Below the pieces are notes generated by a model, which worked only from the letters and a program-made list of their open reading frames with translations, was not told where the DNA came from and ran no database searches. Positions 1 to 9,996 of a stretch of DNA of 64,000 bases are shown here, in pieces. Numbering within the stretch: position 1 is the first letter of the stretch; each line of letters begins with the position of its first letter. The position numbers and the translations under genes were made by a program. Source of the DNA: an uncultured Hyphomicrobiales bacterium. Its GTDB lineage: Bacteria; Bacteroidota; Ignavibacteria; Kapaibacteriales; Kapaibacteriaceae. The stretch is taken from positions 14,307 to 78,306 of the forward strand of contig CAZUGQ010000011.1 in the NCBI GenBank assembly GCA_964620125.1. Direction: 5' to 3'.

Positions 1-9
1 ACGTGCCTT

Positions 10-1191
10 ATGAACTCCTCCGGCAAACGGCCGATGATCTACGCAGACTATGCTGCCACCACGCCTCTCGACAAGCGCGTCCTCGAGGCGATGATGCCGT
101 ACCTGACCAACGTGTTTTTTAACGCATCGAGCACGCATGCAGCAGGCATGGAGGCACAACGTGCCGTGATGAAGGCACGCATGACGGTGGCAAAACACAT
201 TGCTGCACGCATGGACGAAATCGTATTTACCAGCGGTGCTACCGAAGCCATCTCCCTTGCCGTGCTAGGACTCTTCCGCAAGCAAGCCACACCCAGCCGC
301 CAAACCTTTGTGACCTGTGCCACAGAGCACATGGCCATGATCGACGTTGCTCACCAACTGGAAGCAGAAGGGTACTCTGTTCGGTTTGTAGGCGTGGACG
401 AGCATGGTGTTGTTGATATGGACGAGGTGCGTAGTGTTCTCGACGAGTCAACCCTCCTGCTCTCTGTAATGGCTGTGAACAACGAAACGGGGGTAAAGCA
501 GGATTTGAAGACTCTTGCAGAGCTCGCACACAATGTTGGTGCGCTGTTCATGACCGATGCCACGCAGGCATACGGTAAGATGCCAATCCATGTGGACGAA
601 CTTGGCATCGACCTGATGAGCTTTTCTGCACATAAGATTTACGGGCCCAAGGGCGTAGGGGCACTGTTCCAACGAAAGCGTGATCGTGACTGTACACTTC
701 AACCACTGCAGTATGGCGGTGGCCAGGAAGGCGGCGTGCGCAGCGGCACGTTGAACGTTCCAGGCGTTGTGGGTCTGGCCGAGGCAGGTAGCCTTGCCCT
801 AAGCCAATTGGAGCAGGAACAAGAGAGAATCGGTGCCTTGCGCGACGCCTTCGAGCGAGGACTAACGTCTCTTGGCGTCACTATCAACGGATTCGGAGCG
901 CCGCGGAGCTACAACATCAGCAATATCACCGTTCCCGATGCCACAGCTCACGAGTTGCAGAATATTCTTGATCATGTGGCCTGTAGCCAGGGTAGTGCCT
1001 GTTCGTCAGCAAAAACCACTCCGAGTCATGTGCTCACAGCCATGGGCCGAACACCTGAGCAGACCGATCATTCACTACGCTTCTCGTTCGGCCGTTATAG
1101 CACCCAGCAAGAAGTAGCCGATCTTGTTCTCGACATCACGTCGGCACTTGAGCACATCCGCGCAACACACGCGGAACACCACACAACCTGA
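10..1191 (+). CDS. iscS: Cysteine desulfurase (IscS/NifS group I, PLP-dependent)
   Basis: YADYAATTP N-terminus, FTSGATE, SAHKIYGPKGVG (PLP lysine) and QGSAC (catalytic Cys) motifs. Confidence 0.88.
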   Translation: MNSSGKRPMIYADYAATTPLDKRVLEAMMPYLTNVFFNASSTHAAGMEAQRAVMKARMTVAKHIAARMDEIVFTSGATEAISLAVLGLFRKQATPSRQTFVTCATEHMAMIDVAHQLEAEGYSVRFVGVDEHGVVDMDEVRSVLDESTLLLSVMAVNNETGVKQDLKTLAELAHNVGALFMTDATQAYGKMPIHVDELGIDLMSFSAHKIYGPKGVGALFQRKRDRDCTLQPLQYGGGQEGGVRSGTLNVPGVVGLAEAGSLALSQLEQEQERIGALRDAFERGLTSLGVTINGFGAPRSYNISNITVPDATAHELQNILDHVACSQGSACSSAKTTPSHVLTAMGRTPEQTDHSLRFSFGRYSTQQEVADLVLDITSALEHIRATHAEHHTT

Positions 1192-1207
1192 GCCCCCTAC
1201 CAGTCCC

Positions 1208-2176
1208 ATGAATGATTTGGAACACATCCAGCACCTCGCTGGACGCATGAAAGACGTTCGCGCCGAGATTGCCAAGGTCATTGTTGGTCAGCGCGATGCC
1301 ATTGATCAGCTCCTTGTTTCGCTGTTTGCCCGGGGGCATTGCCTACTGGTGGGTGTGCCCGGTTTGGCCAAGACCTTGCTTATCAGAACGTTGGCAAGCA
1401 CTCTTGACCTTACGTTCTCGCGTGTGCAGTTTACACCGGATTTGATGCCCGGCGACATTACAGGCACCGAGGTTATCGAGGACGACAGGTCAACTGGACA
1501 GAAGGCATTTCGGTTTGTGAAAGGTCCGGTGTTTGCCAACATCGTCCTTGCCGACGAGGTGAACCGCACCCCACCCAAGACGCAGGCTGCCTTGCTCGAG
1601 GCCATGCAGGAGCACAACGTAACTGTAGCCGGCGTTACGTATCACCTGCCGGAACCGTTCTTTGTGCTGGCCACCCAGAACCCGATCGAGCAAGAAGGCA
1701 CCTACCCGCTGCCCGAAGCGCAGTTGGACAGGTTCATGTTCAACCTTCGGCTGGAGTATCCTTCGTTCGACGAGGAAGTGGAGGTTGTGCGGAGCACCAC
1801 ACTTGAGCGCATGACGGAGGTTAGGCACATCATGGGTGCCGAAGAGATTATTGCTGCGCAAAACCTTGTGCGGCGTGTACCAGTGGCCGACAACGTCCTG
1901 CAGTATGCGGTGAAACTTGTGCATGCCACCAGACCCGGTGAAGGGGCTTCGAAACGTGTGAATGACTTTATCTCCTACGGGGCAGGACCTCGTGCTTCGC
2001 AGTACCTGATTCTTGGTGCCAAGGCGCGAGCTGCTCTGGATGGTAGGCCAACTCCCGAGATTGCAGATGTGAATGCAGTTGCTCTGCCGGTGCTGCGTCA
2101 CCGAATCGTGACGAACTTTAACGCCGAAGCCGAAGGAGTGAATGCAGACGACATCGTGAAGACCTTGTCCGCCTAG
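1208..2176 (+). CDS. MoxR family AAA+ ATPase
   Basis: GVPGLAKT Walker A, RVQFTPDLMPGD, LADEVNR, ATQNPIEQEGTYPLPEAQLDRF; start placed at ATG 1208, downstream of the iscS stop. Confidence 0.93.
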   Translation: MNDLEHIQHLAGRMKDVRAEIAKVIVGQRDAIDQLLVSLFARGHCLLVGVPGLAKTLLIRTLASTLDLTFSRVQFTPDLMPGDITGTEVIEDDRSTGQKAFRFVKGPVFANIVLADEVNRTPPKTQAALLEAMQEHNVTVAGVTYHLPEPFFVLATQNPIEQEGTYPLPEAQLDRFMFNLRLEYPSFDEEVEVVRSTTLERMTEVRHIMGAEEIIAAQNLVRRVPVADNVLQYAVKLVHATRPGEGASKRVNDFISYGAGPRASQYLILGAKARAALDGRPTPEIADVNAVALPVLRHRIVTNFNAEAEGVNADDIVKTLSA

Positions 2177-2241
2177 CGCTTACCGAATCAACAATCAAGT
2201 ACCATGGTGCCGATCGAAAAAACGTGTAGTGCATAGAGGCA

Positions 2242-2685
2242 TCATACTGTTGCATGAACGCTCCAGTACACCATGGTTACCAGTGCCGATTCATCGTTAA
2301 CGAATTCGCCGTACACCTCCACACATGGGTGCGCATAGCTAAGCCCCCTGCGTATAATTTCTTCGCGCATGGCAGCGTTAACATCCAGGAGCTGCTGATA
2401 TGGCCCAACATGCCGATACGACGCATGGTGATCCATCTGGAGATGGTGAGTTTCCAAGCCTGATCGTTCGGGTGGTGCAACATCTAATGGAACTCCCACG
2501 AATTGGATGTGCCGTGGAAGATATATCCAGTGAAGTGATCCCGACGGCTGCAGTCCATACTCCTCAAGCAGCGGAAACAGGTGCTGCATAATCTTGGTAC
2601 CTGTGTACCCATAGTCAACCTCGAATGGCGCGTAGAGTCCGTAAAGTGTTGCTGCGTAGGGTTCCATCGACAGGACGACATCCAT
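2242..2685 (-). CDS. GyrI-like small-molecule-binding domain protein
   Basis: 147 aa; H-x-G-P-Y motif (HVGPYQQL) and C-terminal EVY segment typical of the GyrI-like fold. Confidence 0.6.
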   Translation of the reverse strand: MDVVLSMEPYAATLYGLYAPFEVDYGYTGTKIMQHLFPLLEEYGLQPSGSLHWIYLPRHIQFVGVPLDVAPPERSGLETHHLQMDHHASYRHVGPYQQLLDVNAAMREEIIRRGLSYAHPCVEVYGEFVNDESALVTMVYWSVHATV

Positions 2686-2726
2686 AAATTCAGTCCATCT
2701 GTTTCGATCAATGGTGAGATGTTGCG

Positions 2727-4760
2727 ATGAACGCTACCTGTGTGTCACTTTTAGTGCTGATGTTCTTTGGCAGGCTTGCCGCTCAAACATACACGTACAC
2801 GCAAACAACGGGGGAGCAGCCCTACACGGCCAGTATCCGACCCTCAGCGAGTCTGTTGTTGAAAGGACCGGCAAATCAGGTTCTGAGTTCATGGCAACAG
2901 GTACCCTTTGACTGCACGTTCTATGGCGAACCGGTTACAGGGTATTATGCCAGCGACAACGGGTACATCACGTTCGACAGCAGTGCCCGTGGATCGGTTT
3001 CTCCTGTTGGCATGGTAGGTGGCACTACGGATCCACCAAACAACTGCATCTACGGTTTTTGGGAGGAGCTGGCATTGTATTCGGGGCAACCAGCCTGGTC
3101 GCATGAAGTTCGCAGCATTACGATTGGTACGGCACCCAACAGATACCATGTGGTTATGTGGATCAGCGCCGTATCGCGCACTGCTAGCAGTACCAGCGGC
3201 ATTTCTTTTGCAATCGTATTAAAAGAGGCAGGGGGCTTTGCAATCGTACAGGTTGCCGGAAATCACAACAACACCTTTGCTGGTAGTATCGGTGCTGAGA
3301 ATGCCGATGGAACAAACGCCGTGTTTGTAGATGGCAGTGGTTCGCTTGATTTTCCACCCCTAGGTCCGATGGGGTATGATGACGTAACGTACGATTTCAC
3401 GTTCACAACCTCGTTGCGTGATTTAGCCATCAAGCAGATCGTGGTTCCGCCAACCGTGATCGTAGGCTCGCAGTTCGATGCTTCGGTCGTGGTAACGAAT
3501 TCCGGTGCCGAAGCCATCACGTTGGCAACCGTACAGGTCCAGGCTGATGGCATTGAGCCTATGCAGTTGCTTTTGAATAAGGTCCTGGCAAGTGGGCACA
3601 GCGACACTCTGCAGCTGGGAGTAAAGATCTCGGCAGCAAGCGCCGGTGCTTTCATTACCGTAACCGCAGCAATCGTTGATGTGAATGGAGAAGGTGCCGA
3701 CGACAGACCCAGTAACGATGTGCTATCAACACGTGTTATGTCTCGCCGGGGAGTTTCGGTGCCACGTAGGCCGCTCGTTGAGGAGTTTACCGGAGCATGG
3801 TGTGGGTGGTGTCCCGATGGTGCACTGATCATGAAGTCCATCGAGCAGCAGTATCCGCAGGCTGTGCTTGTAGCCATCCATGCCAATCAGGTTGACAGCA
3901 TGGTTATCCCAACGGGACAGGAGCTGGCTACGATGTATCGGCCCTCATTTCCCACAGCCATGATTGACCGCACGAAGTTCGATGGATCTACAGGTGTGCC
4001 CATTTCTCGAAGTGGAGGTGCTTGGCAGAAGCGTGTGGCTGAGCAGCTGACGAAGGAGAGCGTTGTGTTGATTGCAATCGAACCTCGCTCTTCGAAGGAA
4101 ATGGAATTGATTGCGGCAACCGTTCGCGTAACGTTTGTTGACGACGTACCTGCCGATCGGTACAGTCTGCATGTGTGGCTTACGGAGGATGGTATCAGCA
4201 AACCCATACCGGGGTATCGCCAGCGTAACTATTACAGTTCGAATCCAGATTATCCCTATCATCCGCTGTATTCGCAACCACCATACATCGATGATTGGCA
4301 GCACAACCACGTTCTGCGCGAAAGTTTTACAGGCACATTTGGTGACACCCTGATCATTCCGTTTCAACCAGTTGTGGGAGATACGTATTCGCTGGTGGTG
4401 AGTACAACGGCATTGGCATCATACATCCCGGAGAACAGTAGGATTGTTGCCTTCGTTGCAAGACATCATTCTACCGACAACACGCAGCGCCAAGTACTCA
4501 ATGCGCAGGAGGCGATAGTATTGGGAAAAACCAGTTCCGTGGAGCATGAAGGCAAGGATGCCAAGACCATCTATCCAAATCCATCGAGCAAGGGATACTT
4601 CCGCCTGTTACATTCGGAGCATGCCGTAGTTGCCGACCTCATGGGCAGGGTGTTGTGGCAAGGAGGCGGAGATGTTCAGGTGGACTGTTCTGCATGGCCG
4701 TCAGGTGTTTATGTGGTACGGCAGGGAACGGCAACAACGTTGCTTACCGTGATGCGGTAG
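2727..4760 (+). CDS. Secreted Omp28-related thioredoxin-like protein with CARDB-like Ig domain and T9SS type-A sorting domain
   Basis: Signal peptide; LVEEFTGAWCGWCP, FPTAMIDR and HNHVLR motifs; C-terminal IYPNPS...DLMGR...SGVYVVR. Confidence 0.8.
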   Translation: MNATCVSLLVLMFFGRLAAQTYTYTQTTGEQPYTASIRPSASLLLKGPANQVLSSWQQVPFDCTFYGEPVTGYYASDNGYITFDSSARGSVSPVGMVGGTTDPPNNCIYGFWEELALYSGQPAWSHEVRSITIGTAPNRYHVVMWISAVSRTASSTSGISFAIVLKEAGGFAIVQVAGNHNNTFAGSIGAENADGTNAVFVDGSGSLDFPPLGPMGYDDVTYDFTFTTSLRDLAIKQIVVPPTVIVGSQFDASVVVTNSGAEAITLATVQVQADGIEPMQLLLNKVLASGHSDTLQLGVKISAASAGAFITVTAAIVDVNGEGADDRPSNDVLSTRVMSRRGVSVPRRPLVEEFTGAWCGWCPDGALIMKSIEQQYPQAVLVAIHANQVDSMVIPTGQELATMYRPSFPTAMIDRTKFDGSTGVPISRSGGAWQKRVAEQLTKESVVLIAIEPRSSKEMELIAATVRVTFVDDVPADRYSLHVWLTEDGISKPIPGYRQRNYYSSNPDYPYHPLYSQPPYIDDWQHNHVLRESFTGTFGDTLIIPFQPVVGDTYSLVVSTTALASYIPENSRIVAFVARHHSTDNTQRQVLNAQEAIVLGKTSSVEHEGKDAKTIYPNPSSKGYFRLLHSEHAVVADLMGRVLWQGGGDVQVDCSAWPSGVYVVRQGTATTLLTVMR

Positions 4761-4765
4761 CTTTG
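4758..4765 (+). promoter_or_regulatory. Bacteroidota-type -7 promoter element TAGCTTTG, 3 nt before the der ATG
   Basis: Exact match to TAnnTTTG; overlaps the upstream stop codon. Confidence 0.5.
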
Positions 4766-4768
4766 TGA

Positions 4769-6079
4769 ATGGGATTGGTAGCTATCGTTGGCCGACCGAA
4801 TGTTGGCAAGAGCACGTTGTTCAACCGCATCATCGAAGAACGGCATGCCATCGTTGAGAGCGTGCCTGGTGTAACGCGCGACCGATTATATGCCAAGGCA
4901 GAGTGGGCTGGCAAGAGTTTTCAGCTTGTTGACACCGGCGGCATCGTTCCCGACAGCGAAGAATTGTTCGACAAGGCCATTCGGGAACAAGCCGTGCTGG
5001 CCATTGAAGAGGCTGATCACATCCTCTTTGTTGTTGATGGACGAGACGGCCTAACCCCGACGGATAGAGATATTGCCGACATGCTTCGGCAAAGCCGCAA
5101 GCCTGTAACTCTTGTTGTGAACAAGTGTGATGCACCACATAGCGACTTGATGGCAGCCGAGTTCTACGAACTTGGATTGGGCGAACCATTCCCAATAAGT
5201 GCACTCAACGGTAGGAGCACTGGAGACTTTCTGGATGAAGTAGTGAAAGGTCTGCCGAACGTTGAAGAGCAAGTAGACACTCGCCTGAAGATTGCAGTGG
5301 TAGGCCGACCGAATGTTGGCAAGAGTTCACTAACCAATGCGCTGCTTGGCAAAGACCGGATGGTGGTTACACCGATTGCTGGAACCACGCGAGACGCTAT
5401 AGACAGCGTGGTTACGTACTACGGACAGGAAATCGTCCTTATTGATACAGCCGGACTGCGCCGCAAGAGCCAGATCAAGGAAAGCGTTGAGCTGTACTCC
5501 ACCATGCGTACATCCCGAGCCATCGACAGGTGTGACGTTGCCATCGTTATGCTGGATGCAACGCAAGGGCTGGAGCAGCAGGACAAACGGATTCTCAGTG
5601 AGGTTGAAGAAGCGCGTAAGGGAATCATCATAGCCGTAAACAAGTGGGACTTGGTGGAGAAGGACACCAAGACGGCCGATGCCTTTACCACCACCATCCG
5701 TGAGGAGCTCCGCACGCTGGATTATGCTCCCGTGGTGTACATCAGTGCAGCAACCCGACAGCGAATCACCAAGGTGCTGGAGATGGCCATCGCAATTCAG
5801 GAACGAAGAGAAGCACGCATCCCAACCCACGAAATCAATGAACGGCTCATCGAGATCCTCGAGAAGACGCCCCCGCCAAGCATTCGTGGTCGCGACTTAC
5901 GGATCAACTACGTTACCCAGGTTCGCAGTGCACCACCGGTTTTTGCATTCTTCCTGAACTTTCCTGACCTGCTGCCCGACAGTTACAAGCGGTACATCGA
6001 GCGGCAGCTTCGCAAGCTGTATGACTTCGAAGGCGTACCCATTTCCTTCCTGTTTCGAAAGAAGAGTTCGCGAGACTAG
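4769..6079 (+). CDS. der: Ribosome biogenesis GTPase Der (EngA)
   Basis: Two GTPase domains, each with GRPNVGKS, DTGG/DTAG and NKCD/NKWD, plus a C-terminal KH-like domain. Confidence 0.97.
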   Translation: MGLVAIVGRPNVGKSTLFNRIIEERHAIVESVPGVTRDRLYAKAEWAGKSFQLVDTGGIVPDSEELFDKAIREQAVLAIEEADHILFVVDGRDGLTPTDRDIADMLRQSRKPVTLVVNKCDAPHSDLMAAEFYELGLGEPFPISALNGRSTGDFLDEVVKGLPNVEEQVDTRLKIAVVGRPNVGKSSLTNALLGKDRMVVTPIAGTTRDAIDSVVTYYGQEIVLIDTAGLRRKSQIKESVELYSTMRTSRAIDRCDVAIVMLDATQGLEQQDKRILSEVEEARKGIIIAVNKWDLVEKDTKTADAFTTTIREELRTLDYAPVVYISAATRQRITKVLEMAIAIQERREARIPTHEINERLIEILEKTPPPSIRGRDLRINYVTQVRSAPPVFAFFLNFPDLLPDSYKRYIERQLRKLYDFEGVPISFLFRKKSSRD

Positions 6080-6822
6080 GCTGACAGCATCTCGACAGTG
6101 AGCACCACAACACCGATACTCACAACAACCCAGCCAAAGATGGTGCGAAGCTTTTGGGCATCAATACGGTGTGCAGCCACAAGCCCAATCGCGATACCAG
6201 CACATGCACAAGCCGTGAAGGTGAGAACAACCGGCCAATCATAGGATACGCTGGCCGAGAGATCGCCAATCACACCCACTGCGCTGTTCACGCAGATCAA
6301 GGCTAGTGATGTTGCTACGGCCGACTTCATATCCAACCCAGCCCATATCACCAGTGCGGGCGTCATCAGGAACCCCCCCCCAACGCCAAGGAATCCTGCA
6401 ACGATACCAACCACGATTCCCAAAGCTGCAAGTCGGATCGGATGGGAAGGGGCTTGAGTTCCTGGCTTTTGAGCGTCACGGAGCATTGCGCTGCCAGCAA
6501 GCAGCAGGACAATCCCAAAGCACACCATTAGCACTGTGTTGAGTTCTAGGTTTATCGAACCCACCACAATATTCTGTGGCAGCGCGGGAAGAATCCACCG
6601 GCGGATGGTGAAAATGGTTAGCATCGTGGTGAGGCCAAACAACCAGAATGCCGACCAATGAATGGTGCCACGCCAGATGTGAGGAATGCAGGCCACTCCC
6701 GTGGCAACCATCACGGCAAAGAAGGCGTAGCCACTTGCTAAGGTTGGTTCGATACCTCCGATATACACGAATGCAGGAACGGCTACGATGGCCCCACCCG
6801 CACCCAAGAGCCCAAGTGACAT
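6076..6822 (-). CDS. Sulfite exporter TauE/SafE family membrane protein
   Basis: Duplicated GLLGAGG...VP and GFLGVGGG...P motifs, AVATSL, multiple TM helices; the true start may lie slightly upstream. Confidence 0.88.
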   Translation of the reverse strand: MSLGLLGAGGAIVAVPAFVYIGGIEPTLASGYAFFAVMVATGVACIPHIWRGTIHWSAFWLFGLTTMLTIFTIRRWILPALPQNIVVGSINLELNTVLMVCFGIVLLLAGSAMLRDAQKPGTQAPSHPIRLAALGIVVGIVAGFLGVGGGFLMTPALVIWAGLDMKSAVATSLALICVNSAVGVIGDLSASVSYDWPVVLTFTACACAGIAIGLVAAHRIDAQKLRTIFGWVVVSIGVVVLTVEMLSA

Positions 6823-6851
6823 TCCAAAGAGAACAGCGATGATGTACAGCG

Positions 6852-7145
6852 CTACCAGGAGAGCAGTCCACCTTTCAGGTTTACAGGATTCTTGAAGTCC
6901 ATCATTTCAAGGAACATGCACGCTTGGGCAGAGCGGTTCCCGGACCGACAGTAAACGATGAGCTCCTGATCTCGAAGGTGCTCAAGTTCACCGATGCGTT
7001 GCTCAAGCTCGTGGAGTGGGATGTGTATTGCGCCTTCGATATGTCCGGCATCCCACTCCTCCTGCCGACGTACGTCGAGCAGGTGAACAGATTCTCCATT
7101 CTCAATTCTTCGCTTCAGGATCTCCGGTGTTGTTTGTTGTTGCAT
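6852..7145 (-). CDS. Single-domain rhodanese (sulfurtransferase)
   Basis: LLDVRRQEEW..GHIEGA, active-site YCRSGNRS, NLKGG. Confidence 0.92.
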   Translation of the reverse strand: MQQQTTPEILKRRIENGESVHLLDVRRQEEWDAGHIEGAIHIPLHELEQRIGELEHLRDQELIVYCRSGNRSAQACMFLEMMDFKNPVNLKGGLLSW

Positions 7146-7152
7146 GCTACTC

Positions 7153-8571
7153 CTATGCGACCAAGGTATCGCCGACTTCGACGGGTGCCTGAGCCCCCTT
7201 CCAGCCGTTAAAACCAAGTGGGAAGTTCTTTACGTTATGAAAGCCCTTATGCAGCAGAAGGCTAGCAGCTATGCTTGACCTGTCGCCAGCAGTGCAGCTG
7301 AGAACCACTGTACCGTGATGTGGTATCGCATCGAGTTGTGTGAGGATGTAACCGGTGTGAATGTTCTTCGAGCCGGGGATGTGTGCCTGTTCAAAGTCAA
7401 CGGCATTTCTCACATCAATAATCGTAACATCCGGGTTGCCCAGGCTCTGGTGCAACTGATCGAGCGAGATCTGCTCCACAATCTCCAGCTTTCTACCTGC
7501 TTGGGTCCAAGCCTGAATATCCGGTAGGTATCCAGCCACCGAATCGAGACCAATGCGCATCAGTTTTCGCATCAGATCGTCGGTTGTGGATGGATGGGCG
7601 ATGAGCAGAAATGGTTCATCATACGACAGTATCCAGCCCGCCCAGGTGCTAAACGTTTTGTTGTTGGGTATGCTGATCGTTCCAGGAATGTGTCCGGCCG
7701 CGTAATCCGCCTTGTTTCGAGTATCTACCACCAGCTTGTTCGATTGCAAAGCTTCGGCTATGTCGGCCACGGTTACTTCACTGATTGATGGTACACTGGT
7801 AAGTAGCGGCCTAGGCACCTTGTTCAAGTGTTTCATCTTGGCAAAGTAGAATGGTGGCTCAGGCTGCCCATGAAGCAGATCCTGGACAAAGTCATCTTCG
7901 TTGGTATGCTTAAAGGCCCAGTTAACTAGCTTCTCATAACCCACCGTGCTGGAGGGTACGGATCCAAGAGCCTTTCCACACGCGCTACCAGCACCGTGAG
8001 CAGGGTGAACTTGCACATGATCCGGTAGGGCTCGAAACCGCTCGAGTGATTTCCAGAGTTGCCGAGCACCTGCATCCATGGTGTTCTTGTAGCCTGCGGC
8101 TTTTTCGAGAAGATCGGGCCGACCGACATCACCGACGAACACGAAGTCGCCAGTGAAAATCATCACTGGTACCTCCGGACTTGCAGGAGTATCGGTTACC
8201 AGAAACGAGATGTGTTCTGGAGTGTGTCCCGGCGTGTGGAGTACCTGAATCTTCAGGTTGCCAACCATGAAGACGTCTCCATCACGAAGGCCCACATGGT
8301 CGAATTCATACTGCCAATCGGCACCTCCTTCGTCACTCAGGTACATGGGCGCCTTGGTAAGCTCGTGCAGTTCTCGCGTTCCTGCTAAAAAATCGGCATG
8401 GATATGCGTTTCGGCGAGGTGGGTGATGTTCAGACGTTCCTTGCGTGCAACGTCCAAGTACGTATCCACATCACGCTTTGCATCGATCACCAGGCATTCG
8501 CCCGTTTGCTGACAACCCACCATGTAGGAAGCATGCGCCAGACCTGGTTCGTATATCTGTTTGAAGAACAT
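7153..8571 (-). CDS. MBL-fold persulfide dioxygenase fused to two rhodanese domains (CstB-like)
   Basis: ETHIHADF, HTPGHTPEH, TGDFVFVGDVGRPDL, HGAGSACG; two rhodanese repeats, the last with CTAGDRS. Confidence 0.88.
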   Translation of the reverse strand: MFFKQIYEPGLAHASYMVGCQQTGECLVIDAKRDVDTYLDVARKERLNITHLAETHIHADFLAGTRELHELTKAPMYLSDEGGADWQYEFDHVGLRDGDVFMVGNLKIQVLHTPGHTPEHISFLVTDTPASPEVPVMIFTGDFVFVGDVGRPDLLEKAAGYKNTMDAGARQLWKSLERFRALPDHVQVHPAHGAGSACGKALGSVPSSTVGYEKLVNWAFKHTNEDDFVQDLLHGQPEPPFYFAKMKHLNKVPRPLLTSVPSISEVTVADIAEALQSNKLVVDTRNKADYAAGHIPGTISIPNNKTFSTWAGWILSYDEPFLLIAHPSTTDDLMRKLMRIGLDSVAGYLPDIQAWTQAGRKLEIVEQISLDQLHQSLGNPDVTIIDVRNAVDFEQAHIPGSKNIHTGYILTQLDAIPHHGTVVLSCTAGDRSSIAASLLLHKGFHNVKNFPLGFNGWKGAQAPVEVGDTLVA

Positions 8572-8637
8572 GAATGCTCCGTTTCTTTGTGACGAGGTAG
8601 AACCTATGCGAACCTAGTGAGAACGCGAGTGGCGTTT

Positions 8638-8653
8638 AGGGACGAATGTCACT
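8638..8653. promoter_or_regulatory. Putative Crp/Fnr-family binding site (AGTGA-N6-TCCCT on the minus strand)
   Basis: Near-palindrome with CRP-like GTGA-N6-TCAC geometry, between the Crp/Fnr gene and the persulfide operon. Confidence 0.35.
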
Positions 8654-8660
8654 ACAATAC

Positions 8661-9344
8661 TTACAAGACTGAGGAACGGGAGGAACTTATTCTAGCCAGG
8701 CCCTTGCGATCAATAATCTGAATGTGGCCTCGGGAGAGTTTTACATAACCGCGCTGATTAAAGTCATGGAGGAGTCTGGTAACAACCTCTCGAGCAGTTC
8801 CGGCTTCTTCGGCCAACTGTTCATGAGTGATAACGATTACATCGCTGTGATGTCGAGCCCCATACTCCAGTAAGATTGCTGCCAGTCGCTCATCCATGCG
8901 GTGGAAGGCAATTTCCTCGATTAACATCATGGCATCAGTAAGCCTTGTGGCAAAGGATGCATAGAGGTACTCCCGTGCCTCGCGGCTCTTGTCAACCAGG
9001 TGCTGGAATGCTTCAATGCTCACCGTGAGCACTCGGGCTTCCTCCTCCACGATGGCCGATGCCTGGTGAATTGGGTTGTTGAGCGCACAGCTCATTGCTA
9101 ATGCACAGGCATCCCCGGGTCCTAGGCGATACAACGTGATAGACCGCCCTGTAGAGTGTTCCTTGTATACGCGTATGGTGCCGGAAACCACGAATCCCAC
9201 TCGCCCGCAGCCTTCGTGCTCACGGAACACGAAGGTGCCCACAGGCATGAGCACTAGTTCCGGATTAGCACTGCGTACAAAAGCTAACTCCTCGGGAACA
9301 TCGTTGGCGTTTAATGGAAGAACGTGCGACATAGCTCCTGACAC
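8661..9344 (-). CDS. Crp/Fnr family transcriptional regulator
   Basis: cNMP-binding-like N-domain and C-terminal HTH THEQLAEEAGTAREVVTRLL. Confidence 0.93.
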   Translation of the reverse strand: MSGAMSHVLPLNANDVPEELAFVRSANPELVLMPVGTFVFREHEGCGRVGFVVSGTIRVYKEHSTGRSITLYRLGPGDACALAMSCALNNPIHQASAIVEEEARVLTVSIEAFQHLVDKSREAREYLYASFATRLTDAMMLIEEIAFHRMDERLAAILLEYGARHHSDVIVITHEQLAEEAGTAREVVTRLLHDFNQRGYVKLSRGHIQIIDRKGLARISSSRSSVL

Positions 9345-9471
9345 CGTGCTGAATTGGGTTTCAGTGAAAATTACGCTATGTCTATCAGGCGAAATGAACT
9401 GTTCGTCAATTCCGGGTGGCTTGGCTTAGCGTATCAACGTTGATTGCACTCCAACATCTTTTGGAGCAACG

Positions 9472-9996
9472 ATGCAGCTGAACACCAGGATGGTCCACCA
9501 ATACATCACAAAACGGTACAGTGATGCTAGCAGCGACGATATTGATGATGCTGTGAGCTACTCCTTCATTACCGTTTGGAAGGCTACCGAGGCGGGAGTA
9601 GTAATACGCTGCCCCGAAGCATTTGCCATCACTGTGGCCAAGCGTGCTATAACGGCACAAATCAGGTGGCGTGAAAAGTACGTTCATCCTGACGACGATT
9701 CACGTTATGACTGGCCTATAGAATCAAGCAGGTTCTTTGGATATGAACTACCTGACCCGACCACACGCATGGATGCCGAGCAGATTCTTCGCGAAGCACC
9801 CGCAACGTACGCTACGGTACTCCGAAAACACTACCTGGAAGGACAGTCCTTTAACGATATTGCCACGTCTGACGGCATTACCCCTGCCTGTGTTCGTAAA
9901 CGTCATGAGCGTGCACTAAAGTGGGCTCGAAAACACTTTGCAGAACAACGGTCAGATGGCAGTGAAGCCGAGGAGCAACGTGCAGTCGATGAGTAG
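9472..9996 (+). CDS. Sigma-70 ECF-like RNA polymerase sigma factor (divergent)
   Basis: Region 2-like DIDDAVSYSFITVW and region 4 HTH YLEGQSFNDIA...TPACVRKRHERA. Confidence 0.7.
   Translation: MQLNTRMVHQYITKRYSDASSDDIDDAVSYSFITVWKATEAGVVIRCPEAFAITVAKRAITAQIRWREKYVHPDDDSRYDWPIESSRFFGYELPDPTTRMDAEQILREAPATYATVLRKHYLEGQSFNDIATSDGITPACVRKRHERALKWARKHFAEQRSDGSEAEEQRAVDE

Noticed and set aside
10-1191. Cysteine desulfurase as DndA of a phosphorothioation system or part of an isc operon
   Set aside because: No dnd/ssp or iscU/iscA genes downstream; the upstream context lies outside the window
1124-1207. N-terminal extensions in the ORF track (MoxR here; likewise coaBC, RsmB, ATP-grasp, S10, groES and the 60183 start)
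   Set aside because: They overlap neighbouring genes, promoters or terminators and lack family motifs; downstream ATGs fit better
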